Origin: Malacoraja senta
Lineage: Eukaryota
Direction of reading: 5' to 3'
Assembly (NCBI GenBank): GCA_038087875.1
Contig: CM075995.1
Location: 9,178,001 to 9,242,000 of the forward strand
DNA length: 64,000 nt
Shown: in pieces, positions 36,244 to 48,800 of the stretch
How positions within the stretch are numbered: position 1 is the first letter of the stretch
Layout: each line of letters begins with the position of its first letter
Notes under the pieces: model-generated
What the model saw: the letters and a program-made list of their open reading frames with translations, nothing else
Database searches by the model: none
What the model was told of the DNA's origin: nothing
Made by a program: the position numbers and the translations under genes

Positions 36244-36763
36244 TAGACAATAGGTGCAGGAGTAGGCCAATCGGCCCCTCGAGCCAGCACTGCCATTCAA
36301 TGTGATCATGGCTGATCATCCCCAATCAGTACCCCGTTCCTGCCTTCTCCCCATATCCCCTGACTCTGCTATCTTTAAGAGCCCTATCTAGCTCTATCTT
36401 GAAAGCATCCAGAGAACCGGCCTCCACCGCCCTCTGAGGCAGAGAATTCCACAGAGTCACAACTCTCTGTGAGGAAAAAGTGTTTCCTCGTCTCCGTTCT
36501 AAATGGCTTACTTCTCATTCTTAAACTGTGGCCCCTGGTTCTGGACTCCCCCAACATCAGGAACATGTTTCCTGCCTCTAGCGTGTCCAAACCCTTAACA
36601 ATCATATATGTTTCAATGAGATGCCCTCTCATCCTTCTTAACTCCAGAGTGTACAAGCCCAGCTGCTCCATTCTCTCAGCATATGACAGTCCCGCCATCC
36701 CGGGAATTAACCTTGTAAACCTACGCTGCACTCCCTCAATAGCAAGAATGTCCTTCCTCAAAT
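36244..36763 (-). mobile_element. CR1-like LINE 3' fragment
   Basis: ORF 36384-36761. Confidence 0.9.
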
Positions 36764-36861
36764 TAAACTAAACTAAATGACTCCTGCTGTGTGTTTCTTG
36801 TTGTAAATTGTCCACTTTATCTTTCATCACTTAATAAATATCTTTGTTTCTCCTGTACTAG

Positions 36862-36919
36862 AATTTTTGGAAGCAGCAGTCTGTGAAGTTCTCCAATTTT
36901 ATGAAAAGCAACAAGAAAG
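36862..36919 (+). CDS. SYCP2L: SYCP2L-like exon (NFWKQQSVKFSNF..YEKQQER) with apparent -1 deletion
   Basis: ctcctgtactag|AAT...AAG|gtaact. Contains the family 'FW..Q...F..(F/Y)...Q..R' motif; the T-run at 36897-36900 appears one base short. Confidence 0.8.
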
Positions 36920-39331
36920 GTAACTATAGACACAAAGCTGGAGTAACTCAGCGGGATGGGCAGCATCTCTGGAGAAAAGGAATGGGTGACATTCAGGTCG
37001 AGGCCCTTCAGACTGAGTCACGGGAAAGGGAGACAGAGATATGGAAGGATAAGGCGTGAAAACGAGCGATCAAAGGGGATGAAGGTCAAGGAAAATGTAC
37101 AGTAGATCATTCTTAGCTCGGGGAAGGTGACAACGAGGTATACAATGTAAAATTCAATTCATTGTGTCATGGAATGATACCGTGTGGAAACAGGCCCTTC
37201 GGCCCAACGCCCACACCATCCACAATGTCCCACCTACACTACTCCCACCTGCCTGCGCTTGGTCCATATCCCTCCAAACCTGTCCTATCAATGTACCTGT
37301 CTAACTGTTTCTTAAATGTTGGGATAGTCCCTGCCTCAAACTACCTCCTCTGGCAGCTTGTTCCTTACACCCACCACCCTTTGTGTGAAAATGTTACCCC
37401 TCAGATTCCTATTCAATCTTTTCCCCTTCTCCTTGAACCCTCTGGTCCTCGATTTCCCCTACTCTGGGCAAGAGACTCTGTGCGTCTACCCGATCTATTC
37501 CTCTCATGACTTTGTACACCTCTATAAGATCTCCTCTCATCCTCCTGCGCTCCATGGAATAGAGACCCAGCCTGCTCAACCTCTCCCTGTAGCTCACACC
37601 CTCTAGTCCTGGCAAAATCCTCATAAATCTTGAGGATGGGCTTGTATACTCTGGAGTTTAGAAGGATGAGAGGGTAAGCTTATTGAAACATATAAGATTA
37701 TTCAGGGTTTGGACACGCTAGAGACAAGAACACAACACTCTAAATGCGGTCTCACCAACGGCTTATACATAGATGGCAGAGATAGAGAGGCATTGATTTG
37801 GTAGACAATAGACAATAGGGGCAGGAGTAGGCCATTCGGCCCTTCGAGCCAGCACCGCCATTCAATGTGATCATGGCTGATCATCCCCAATCAGTACCCA
37901 CGTTCCTGTCTTCGCCCCATATCCCCTGACTCCGCTATCTTTAAGAGCCCTATCTAGCTCTCTCTTGAAAGCATCCAGAGAGCCGGCCTCCACCGCCCTC
38001 TGAGGGGAAAAAGTGTTTCTTCGTCTCCGTTCTAAATGGCTTACCACTTATTCTTAAACTGTGGCCCCTGGTTCTGGACTACCCCAACATCGGGAACATG
38101 TTTCCTGCCTCTGGCGTGTCCAAACCCTTAATAATCTTATATGTTTTCAATAAGATGCCCTCTCATCCTTCTAAACTCCAGAGTATACAAGCCCCAGCTG
38201 CTCCATTCTCTCACATATGACAGTCCCGCCATCCCTGAATTAACCTGGTGAACCTACGCTGTACTCCCTCAATAGCAACAGTCAGAATCTTTTTCCTTAA
38301 GGTGGAAATGTCAAAGATTGGTCGACAGAGCTTTAAGATGAGAGCGGCAAGATGTGTGTCTGTCTGTCTGTGTGTGTGTGTGTGTGTGTGTGTGGGGGCG
38401 TCTCTGTCTGTGGACTATCCAGTGGTCCCGCACTCTCGCACTATCCTACGCACTAGAGACAATTTTACCGAGCTAATTAACTTGCAGACCTGCACGTCCT
38501 TGGAGTGTGGGAGAAAACCGGAGCACCACGGGAGAAAACCCACGCAGGTCACGGGGAGAACGTACAAAACTCCGTACAGACAGCGCCCATAGTCAGGATT
38601 CAACCCGGGTCTCCTGCGCTGTGAGCCAGTTGCTCTGCTGCTGTGCTACCACCTCCCCCCCCCCCCCCCCACACACACACACACACACCTGCCCAAGTAG
38701 CAATTTCATTGTTCCTTTCTGGGACCCATGTGGAAACAGGTCCAACGTGCCCACACCGGCCAACGTGCCCCATCTGCACTAGTCCCACCTGCCTGCATTT
38801 GGTCCATATCCCTCTAAACCTGTTCTATCCATGTAACTGTCTCTCAAACATTGGGATAGTCCCAGCTCGGACTATTTCCAGTTTATAATCCTTGTTATAT
38901 TCTGGTCACGGAAGAAACTGAAGCAAAAATCACACTCCACCTTAAAAAAATATCCACTGACTTGGCCTCCACAGCCGTCTGTGGTAATGAATTTCACAGA
39001 TTCATCACCCTCTGGCTAAAGAAATTCCTCCTTATCTCCTTCCTAAAGGTATATCCTTTTTATTCTGAGGCTATGACCTCTAGTCCTAGGCTCTCCCACC
39101 GGTGGAAACATCCTCTCCACATCCACTCTGTCAGGGGTTATGGGGAGAAGGCAGGAGAATGGGGTTAGGAGGGAGAGATAGATCAGCCGTGATTGAATGG
39201 CTGAGTAGACTTGTGAATTTATGAGGCCTATCCAGGCCTTTCATTATTCGGGAGGTTTTTAGTGAGGTTATCCTTGTTTGTGCATCTCACTAAAGTTGGT
39301 GCTTCTTTCTGTTGTATTTTCTTTTCAGCAG

Positions 39332-39389
39332 ACTCAATATATTAATGTTCTCATCAGAAGATAAGCCCGGGCCGTCCAGATGGTTCTGA
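39332..39389 (+). CDS. SYCP2L: SYCP2L-like last coding exon (R-LNILMFSSEDKPGPSRWF*)
   Basis: Strong acceptor ttttcagcag| (NAGNAG, alternative start 39329), phase 2, TGA at 39387-39389. The short C-terminus is SYCP2L-like rather than SYCP2-like. Confidence 0.65.
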
Positions 39390-39570
39390 TCGCTGGTGTA
39401 GGGCGAGTGATGAGTAAGTAAGTAAATGTTATTTATATAGCACGTTTAAATCAACTCGCGTTGAAACCAAAGTACTTTACATAGAAGAAATAATTAGGTT
39501 TCCGTACATCCATAGAACAATAAAAATTAAAAAAATTAAAAATGACACAACACATTATAGAATTCAACAT

Positions 39571-40014
39571 TAATTGGAAAAAATTAGACTTGTCGTAATT
39601 GACAAACCAGAATTATTTTCTAGAATATGGTCTCCATTTTTGATTTTCTGAAAAGGTAAATTGGTCCAGCAAGGAAACTTGAATCCAGGATTGGATGAAT
39701 AGTTACACTTTATAATCTACGGACCAATCGCCAAAATTGTGTTATTGGTAATTTATCTTATTCTCTCCTCTTTCTCCCCCCCCCTTCTTTCTATAGCTCT
39801 CTCTTTCAAAAAAATCTATAAAAAAAACAAATAGAAGCTGTGTTAATATGTAATTGATAAACGGGGACCCCAGCTATTTTGATAGCTGGGACCCCAGCTA
39901 TTTACAATATGTAATTGATAAACAAATTGTGTTTTGGTTACGATATGTATATGCTTCTAATAAAAATATTATTTAAAAAAAAAAAAAAAAAATTTTAAAA
40001 AAAGAAGAAAAAAA
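39571..40014 (+). mobile_element. L1-clade LINE 3' end with poly(A), nested in a minus-strand L2-tailed repeat (~39414-40400)
   Basis: 'LEKIRLVVIDKPELFSRIWSPFLIF*', AATAAA plus A-tail, TSD AGAATTCAACAT (39559-39570, 40015-40026). Confidence 0.8.
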
Positions 40015-41207
40015 AGAATTCAACATGACAACAACAGAATTAAATGTTTCCACTGTGGGGAAAGGCATCGGAAAGTTCAGCCCTCTTCCTCTGTGATCAC
40101 CCCACGTCAGGGCCTATTTGTGGCCTCCGCAGCCAGTCCGATGTTTTCAGGCCCTCTTTGCCGGGAAGATGGAACTCGGGTGGACATTCCTCAGTGGCTT
40201 GGAAAATGTCTGGAGCGGCCGCTTCCTCCCCGGAGACCGCGGCGCCCGAAGTCCTCGGGCTTGCGCTGGTTGCAGCTCCGACTCTGGCTATCTCGGATCC
40301 CAGGCTCCGCGGTGTTTTAAATCCAGCCCCGATGCTTTGGCTGCAGATGCAGAAGCTAATGACCGTGTCTCTTATGAGTTTCGCAGTACATAGATAGAAC
40401 AAATTTGCCAGGGTGTTGCCAGGACCCGAGGGTCTGAGCTGTGGGGTGAGGCCGAGCCGGCTGGGAGTCTTGGACTCTGGATTCCTTGGAGCACAGGAGG
40501 ATGAGAGGCGATCTTATAGATGTGTTTAGTAGACAATAGGTGCAGGAGTAGGCCATTCGGCCCTTCGAGCCAGCACTGCCATTCAATGTGATCATGGCTG
40601 ATCATCCCCAATCAGTACCCCGTTCCTGCCTTCTCCCCATATCCCCTGACTCCGCTATCTTTAAGAGCCCTATCTAGCTCTCTCTTGAAAGTATCCAGAG
40701 AACCTGCCTCCACCGCCCTCTGTTTAAAATCTATAGATGTGTATAAAATCATAGAGAGGAATAGATCGGGTAGACGCACAGAGTCTCTTGCCCAGAGTAG
40801 GGGAATCGAGGACCAGAGGACATAGGTTCAAGGTGAAGGAGAAAAGATTTAATAGGAATTCTGAGAGGCATCTTTTTCACACAGAGGGTGGTGGGTGTGT
40901 GGAACCAGCTGCTGGAGGAGGTAGTTGAGGCTGGGACTATCCCAACGTTTGAGAAACAGACAGGTACATGGATAGGACAGGTTTGGAGGGAGATGGGCCA
41001 AACGTGGGCAGGTGGGACTAGTGTAGATGGGACATTGTTGGCAAGTTGGGCCGAAGGGCCTGTTTCCACACTGTATCACACTATGACTCTATGACAGAGG
41101 AACAGGTTCTTTGGCCCACAATGTACCGAACATGATGCCAACTTAATGTGATCTCATCTGCCTGGACCTGACCCATTTCTCCCTCTCTAAAAGCCTCTCA
41201 AACGCCA

Positions 41208-41566
41208 CTATCACATCTGCCTCCACCACCACCCCCGGCAGGAACAAGTTGGGGAGAGCCAGTCCATCAACTCTTCGCACCTCTGCCTTAGCTCTTGTGT
41301 ATGCTCCAGCTGAGTACTGCGCACCCATATGTAGTGGAAGTAGACCTACTAGCCCGGTAGACACGAGCCTGAACAGCACCTTGCGAACCATCATTAGGTG
41401 CCTCAACCTACTCCAGTCGAGCAGCTCCCTATACTTGCGGGCATTCTGCCTGCTGGGATCCGAAGGCAAGCAGCAACTCTGGCACTATCTCGTCGTGCCA
41501 TGGACCCTCCATCAGGCTATCAGCAGAGAGCAGAGGCCACCCCCGACTGAAGTCCCGTCACCCCTT
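41208..41566 (+). mobile_element. Vingi/Ingi-like non-LTR retrotransposon fragment
   Basis: 'ASPSTLRTSALALVYAPAEYCAPI...VDTSLNSTLR'. Confidence 0.55.
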
Positions 41567-41975
41567 TGTGAACTGTGGAGGTACGCATGTTGCAATCCGT
41601 GAATGTTGTCCGGCTTTTGAAAGTTTTGCCAATTCTGTAAAGGAAGGAGCCATTTTTTACCGCTGTTGTCTGTCGGCTGGAAACAGAGTCCAAACAAAGC
41701 AATCCGGCAACTTGCTCAACCATGGGAGCGTGGGCTCCGAAACCTTCTCAGATGAGTCCCCCCAGACGCTGTTCAGACTCACGAGGACATTCTGTCGCTA
41801 ACGACAATTTGGATATCAACATACATTCTTCGTCGGACCCGTCTCGTAAACACCAAGATCCCACGGTCACTCTCCTCATTAACGGACTGAAAGTTTATGT
41901 TAAATTAGACACCGAGCTAAGTGCAATGTGTTATCCTTATCCGATCTCAACGAGATTAGAAAAAAATGAGATTAT
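41567..41975 (+). mobile_element. Second Gypsy fragment (zinc knuckle to protease), inverted copy of 31121-31509
   Basis: High visual identity; 'VTLLINGLKVYVKLDT'. Confidence 0.85.
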
Positions 41976-42570
41976 AGAAACATAGAAACATAGAAAATGG
42001 GTGCAGGAGGAGGTCATTCGGCCCTTCGAGCCAGCACCGCCATTCATTGTGATCATGGGCTGATTGTTCCCAATCAATAACCCGTGCCTACCTTCTTCCC
42101 ATATCCCTTGATTCCACCAGCCCCTAGAGTTCTATCTACTCTCTCTTAAATCCATCCAGTGATTTGGCCCTCCACTGCCCTCTGTGCAGGGAATTCCACA
42201 AATTCACAACTCTCTGGGTGAAAACGTTTTTCTCACCTCAATCTTAAATGGCTTCCCCTTTATTCTAAGACTGTGGCCCCTGGTTCTGGACTCGCCCAAC
42301 ATTGGGAACATTTTTCCTGCATCTCGCTTGTCCAGTCCTTTTATAATTTTATATGTTTCTATAAGACGCCCCTCGTCCTTCTAAACTCCAGTAAATACAA
42401 GCCTAGTCTTTTCAATCTTTCCTCATATGACAGTCCCACCATGCTGGGGATCAATCTCGTGAACCTACGCTGCACTGCCTCAATCACAAGGATGTCCTTC
42501 CTCAAATTAGGAGACCAATACTACACAATACTCCAGATGTGGTCTCACCAGAGCCCTATACAGCTGCAGA
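41976..42570 (-). mobile_element. CR1-like LINE 3' fragment
   Basis: (TTTCTATG)n tail and ORF2 C-terminus on the minus strand. Confidence 0.88.
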
Positions 42571-42589
42571 AGAGTAGTGTGGTCCGTTA

Positions 42590-43165
42590 GTTCAGTTTAT
42601 TGTCACATGTAGTAAAAAGATTTTTGTTGCGTGCTAACCAGTCAGTGGAAAGATTATGCATGAGATTTCCACTGAACCGCCATTCACAGGACGATAAACT
42701 AAATAGAACTGAATTGATTACAATCGAGCTGTCCAAATTGTCCAGGTACAGGATAAAGGCTATAACATGTACTGCACAGTAAAGTGCCATCAAAGATAGT
42801 CTGAGGGTCTCCAATAAGGTAGATATCGGTTCAGTATTGCATTCTAGTGGTTGGTAGGACGGTTCAGTCGCCTGATAACAACCGGGAAGAAACTGTCCCC
42901 TGAATCTGGAGGTGTGCGTTCGTTTTCACACTTCTGTACCTCTTGCCCCGATGGGAGAGGGGAGGGGAGGAGAGGCAGTGGCCGGGGTGAGACGGGTCCT
43001 TGATGATGCTGCTGGCCTTGCCATGGCAGTGTGAGGTGTAGATGGAGTCAATGGAAGGGAGGTTGGTTTGTGTGACGGTCTGGGCTGGATCCACAACACT
43101 CTACAATTCTTGTGTTGGATGGAGCTGTTCCAAACCGTGCTGTGATGCATCCGGATAAAATGTCT
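42590..43165 (-). mobile_element. Rex1/Babar-like LINE 3' fragment
   Basis: 'TNLPSIDSIYTSHC.GKASSIIKDPSHPGH'. Related copies at ~1680, 8400, 35050, 43700, 44640, 45120 and 59182. Confidence 0.78.
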
Positions 43166-43283
43166 TCTAATAGACAGAGGGGAAAATTCACTGGACTGTT
43201 GTACTTAACTTTGGGCTTAAGATCCCTGGACAATTGATCATTCATTTTGGGTATCTTAACGACTTTAAGATTTGGGAGAAAGG

Positions 43284-43550
43284 CACAGTGCTGGAGTAAC
43301 TCAGCGGGTCAGGCAGCATCTGTGGAGAACATGGATAGGTGACGTTTCACAGAGTGCTGGAGTAACTCAGCGGGTCAGGCAGCATCTGTGGGAGAACATG
43401 GATAGGTGACGTTTCACAGAGTGCTGGAGTAACTCAGCGGGTCAGGCAGCATCTGTGGAGAACATGGTTAGGTGACGTTTCACAGAGTGCTGGAGTAACT
43501 CAGCGGGTCAGGCAGCATCTGTGGAGAAGGTGGATAAGTGATGTTTTGGT
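43284..43550 (+). repeat. ~4 tandem 66-bp Penelope-terminal-derived units
   Basis: Same unit as 11150-11418. Confidence 0.88.
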
Positions 43551-44253
43551 TCGGGACTGATTTCCAGGTCTGGTTATTTTGCTTTAAGTATAGCCTGCCT
43601 ACTACATAAATAGTCAGAAATACTGTATGGAAACAGGCCCTTCTGCCCAACTTGCCCATGCTGACCAAAATGCCTCATCTACACTAGCCCCACCTGCCAA
43701 CCCGGCCACTCCCTCTTCTCCCATGGGGCAAGAGGTACAGAAGTGTGAAAACGCACACCTCCAGAATCAGGGACAGTTTCTTCCCAGCTGTTATCCATCA
43801 GGCAACTGAACCATCCTACCACAACCAGAGAGCGGTCCTGACCTCCCGTCTACCTCATTGGAGGTTCTTGTGCTATCTTTAATCGGACTTTACTGGACTT
43901 CATCTTGCCATAAACGTTATTCCCTTTATCCTGTATCTGTACACTGTGGACGGCTCGATTGTAATCGTGTAGTCTTTCTGCTGACTGGATAGCACGCAAG
44001 AAAAAATCTTCTCACTGTACCTCTGTACGTGTGACAATAAGAAACAGTTAGACAGGTACACGGATAGGACAGGTTTGGAGGGATATGGGCCAAGCGCAGG
44101 CAGATGGGACTAGTGTAGCAGAGACATGTTGGCTAGTATGGGCAAGTTGGGCCGAAGGGCCTGCTTCCACACTGTATCACTAATGATGCTAATAAACTAA
44201 AACGTTTGAGTAAATAATTTTACACACTTTTTATAACTTTTTATTCTTAACAG

Positions 44254-44370
44254 AAAGAAGAAAAGCAAACCTTGGAGAAATGAAACCCTATTGTCGTTCC
44301 AAAAGGATACTTTGAATTTGAGAATGTGCTTTATTTCAGAAGATAATAATAAATTGCTTAGATCTGTTTG
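44254..44370 (+). other. Probable terminal 3'-UTR exon of the SYCP2L-like gene with AATAAA (44348-44353)
   Basis: Strong acceptor ttttattcttaacag| in non-repeat sequence, followed by a poly(A) signal. Confidence 0.45.
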
Positions 44371-45726
44371 GCCGAGCCAATGTTACATAGAAAATAGGTG
44401 CAGGAGGAGGCCATTCGGCTCTTCGAGCCAGCATCAATGTTGGCTGTGCATGTGGTATGGTTGCAGAATTCTTTGTCAAAATTTTTCTTTCGGCATTTGA
44501 CTAATGTTGGGAACACGAACACACGGTGTATTAAGCAATGGCGACTTTTGTTTCTGTCAATTAAAGCAAGAAATAGTAATGTATTAACTTGTTGGATCTT
44601 GCTTCTTAATAACTAGCTTTGTGGTATCTGTTCCAGTTCAGTTTATTGTCACGTGTACCGAGGTACAGTGAAAAGCTTTTTGTTGCATGCTAACCAGTCA
44701 GCGGAAAGACAAAACATGATTACAATTAAGCCGTCCACAGTGTACAGATACATGATAAGGGAATAACGTTTAGTGCAAGGTAAAGCCAGCAAAGTCCAAT
44801 CAAGGATAGTCCAAGGGTCACCAATGAGGTAGATAGTAGTTCAGCACTGCTCTCTGGTTGTGGTAGGATGATTCAATTGCCTGAGAATTTTGGTTGCCTG
44901 AGATGATTCAGTTGCTGGGAAGAAACTGTCCCTGAATCTGGAGGTGTGCGTTTTCACACTTCTGTACCTCTTGCCCGATGGAGAGGGGAGAAGAGGGAGT
45001 GACAGGGGGTGAGTCTGGTCCTTGATTATGCTGCTGCCTTGCCGAGCCAGCGCGAGGTGTAGATGGAGTCGATAGATCCCAGCGTCAGTGTCCCAATACG
45101 TTCAACCAAGTTCAAGTCAAGAGAGTTTATTGTCATGTGTCCCAGATAGGACAATGAAATTCTTGCTTTGCTTCAGCACAACAGAACATAGTAGGCATTG
45201 ACTACAAGGCATTCTATAAATATATACACACATGAGTCAATATACTGATAAAGTGCAAATAACAGTATTGGCTAATAAAGTTCAGTGTTATGTCCGAGCC
45301 AGGTTTAATAGCCTGATGGCTGTGGGGAAGTAGCTATTCCTGAACCTGGTCGTTCCTGCAGTCTTCAGGCTCCTGTACCTTCTACCTGAAGGTAGAGGGG
45401 AGATGAGTGTGTGGCCAGGATGGTGTGGGTCCTTGATGATGCTGCCAGCCTTTTTGAGGCAGCGACTGTGATAGATCCCCTCGATGGAAGGGAGGTCAGA
45501 GCCGATGCTGCAATTGAGTTGACAGTAGCTGGGGCGTCGCGGTGGCCCAGCGGCAGAGTTGCCGCCACCCAGCGCCAGAGACCCGGGTCCGATCCCGACG
45601 CCCAGTGCCTGTCTTTTCTCCGGGCGCTCCGGTTTCCTCCTACCACGCCAAAGACGTACGGGTTTGTAGGATAGTTTGCTTCGGTATACGTCCAAATTGT
45701 CCCTAGCGTGTGTTGGATTAGCGTTA

Positions 45727-45880
45727 AGGGCCTGACCCACTTGGCCGTCATTTGCGCGACACGAAATGCGCGCGTAAGGCGCCCCATGCGTGCCTCACGT
45801 GCGTGTCACGATGCGCGCGTCATGACGCGTAAACTGTCGCGTAAATTACGTGGAAATGACGGCCAAGTGGGACATTCCCT
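45727..45880. mobile_element. PIF/Harbinger-like MITE inserted in a V-SINE
   Basis: AGGGCCTGACCCACTTGGCCGTCATTT...AAATGACGGCCAAGTGGGACATTCCCT, TTA TSD. Confidence 0.82.
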
Positions 45881-48800
45881 TTAGTGTGTGGGGATCGCAG
45901 GTCGTCGCGGACTTCGGTGGGCCAAAGGCCTGTTTCCGTGCTGTATCTCTAAACTAAACTGAAAGTACAACCCTAACTTCCAGCGCAATACTTCTGTATG
46001 TCTGCATGCACACACCCACGCTGGTTTTAAAACAGAATAAATAAATGCTTCTGCTTCTGTCAGCCTTCTACACGGTGAATTAGAACAGCTCTCAATAATG
46101 AATGAATGTTGTCACAAGTACCTACTGTAGGTACAATGACATTCTTTGTTGTACACCCGTATTGTGTGCAGTTTTGGTCCCTAATTTGAGGAAGGACATT
46201 CTTGCTATTGAGGGAGCCCAGCGTAGGTTCACCAGGTAATTCCTGGATGGCGGGGACTGTCATATGCTGAGAGAATGGAGGCAGCTGGGCTTGTACGCTC
46301 TTGGAGTTTAGAAGGATAAGATTGTTAAGGGCTTGGACACGCTAGAGGGCAGGAAACATGTTCCCGATGTTGGGGGAGTCCAGAACCAGGGGCCATAGTT
46401 TAAGAATAAGGGGTAAGCCATTTAGAACGGAGACGAGGAAACACTTTTTCTCACAGAGAGTGGTGAGTCTGTGGAATTCTCTGCCTCGGAGGGCGGTGGA
46501 GGCCGGTTCTCTGGATACTTTCAAGAGAGAGCTAGATAGGGCTCTTAAAAAAATAGCGGTCAAGGGATATGGGGAGAAGGCAGGAACGGGGTACTGATTG
46601 GGGATGAATAGCCATATCACATTGAATGGCCTACTCCTGCACCTATTGTCTATTAACATCCTTGCCTGCTCGGGTCATGATCCCTGCACTCACAACAACT
46701 GGGACTTGAAAATGGTGCCAAGCCGACCACTATAATGTCTCAGTCCACTACGTTATCTCAGTTTAGACTAAGGCTGATCGAAACAGGAGCATTAGTTCAG
46801 GGAGTGTGTGTATGCAGACTATTGCACTGGAGCTTGGGTGGCATTTACCGTTCAGCTTAGAGATACAGCGCAGAAACAGGCCCTTCGGCCCATCGAGTGC
46901 ATGCTGAGGGTTTTTTACGCCGAGCCAATTAACCAACAAACCTGCACGTCTTTGAGTGTGGGACGAAACCGAAGTTCACGGGGAGAAGGTGCAAACTCCC
47001 GTACAGACAGCACCCGTAGTCGGGTTGAACCCGAGTCTTTGGCGCTGTGAGGCAGCAACTCTACCGCTGCGCCACCCTGCAGTGCACTTTTACTGTATCT
47101 GAGATGCTTATCTAACATGTATCTTGGTGCTTATGTCAAGGTCAAAGTGATAGGAGCAGAATTAGGCCATTCGGCCCATCACGTCTACTCCGCCATTCAA
47201 TCATGGCTGATCTATCTCTCTCTCCTAACCCCATTCTCCTGCCTTCTCCCCCTAACCTCTGACACGCGTACTGATCAAGAATCTATCTATCTCTACCTTA
47301 AAAATATTCACTGACTTGGCCTCTACAGCCTTCTGCGGCAATGAATCCCACAGATTCACCACCCTCTGACTATATAAATTCCTCTTCATCTCCTTCCTAA
47401 AGGAACGTCCTTTAATTCTGAGGCTGTGCCCTTTAGTCCTAGGCTCTTCCCACCAGTGGAAACATCCTCTCCACATCCATTCTATCCAGGCCTTTCACTG
47501 TTCGGTAACTAAACTCCAGCGAGTACAGGCCCAGTGCCGACAAACGCTCATCGTAGGTTAATATTGATGTATAATGATACCTGTACTGTATTCAAAAATG
47601 AAATGAATTTTCACTGTACCTCAGTACATGTAACTAACTACTGTACCGTAAACTACACACATACAGGCGACTCCTGTGTTATGGGCGTTAGATTAACAGA
47701 AATTCACCCATTGCAGAATAAAATTTGCGCACATGAAATTTTATTTGTCAACTCGAACGAATCCAATAATTTTTGGACTTCTTTCCTGATGTATATGCAG
47801 ATCATAGAACCTTATATTAGAAAATCGCAATGCGTTTGTGATAGAGTCATAGAGTGATACAGCGAGGAAACGGGTCCTTCAGCCCAACTTGCCCACACCG
47901 ACCAACATGTCCCATCTACACCGGTCCCACCTGCGTGTGCTTGGTCCATATCCCTCAAACCTGTCCTATCCATGTACCTGAATAACTGTTTCTTCAACAA
48001 TGAGATAGTCCCAGCCTCAACTACCTCCTCCGGCAGCTTGTTCCATACACCCACCACCCTCTGTGTGGAAAAAGTTACCCCTCAGATTCCTATTAAATCT
48101 TTTCCCCTTCACCTTAAACCTATGTCCTCTGGTCCTCGATTCCCCTACTCTGGGCAAGAGACTCTGTGCATCTACACGATCTATTCCTCTCATGATGTTA
48201 TACACCTCTATAAGATCACCCCTCATCCTCCTACGCTCCAGGGAATAGAGTCCCAGCCTGCTCAATCTCCCTATAGCTCACACCCTCAAGTCCTGGCAAC
48301 ATCAGTAGGCCATTCGGCCCCCATCGAACCATGAAATGATCATGGCTGATCATCTAAAATCAGTACCCCGTTCCTGTTTTCTTCCCGTATCCCTTGATTC
48401 CGTTAGCCCATAGAGTTAAATCTAACACTCTCTTGAAAACATCCAGTGAATCGGCCTCCACTGCCTTCTGTGGCAGAGAATTCCACAGATTCACCACTCT
48501 CTGGGTGAAAAGGTTTTTCCTCATCTCAGTCCAAAATGGCCTACCCCCTTATTCTAAAACTGTGGGACCCCTGGTTCTGGACTCCCCCAACATGGGGAAC
48601 ATTTCTTCCTGCGTCTCAATCTATATCCTGGTAAATCTTCTCTGTACCCTTTCCAGCTTGACAACATCTTTCCTGTAACATGGTGGAAGATGTGGGGGTT
48701 TTATTCGACATTTTAAAAGGTTTGTACAAACGGGCTCGATCGGGCGGTGGAGTAAAAAGTTCACATTTATCTCGCAAAACGAAATCAAACATTCAAACAT

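Noticed and set aside
1535..39389. Calling the gene SYCP2
   Set aside because: The C-terminus ends soon after the FW..QQ.R segment and the neighbour is ELOVL2-like. SYCP2 is not fully excluded without a phylogeny.
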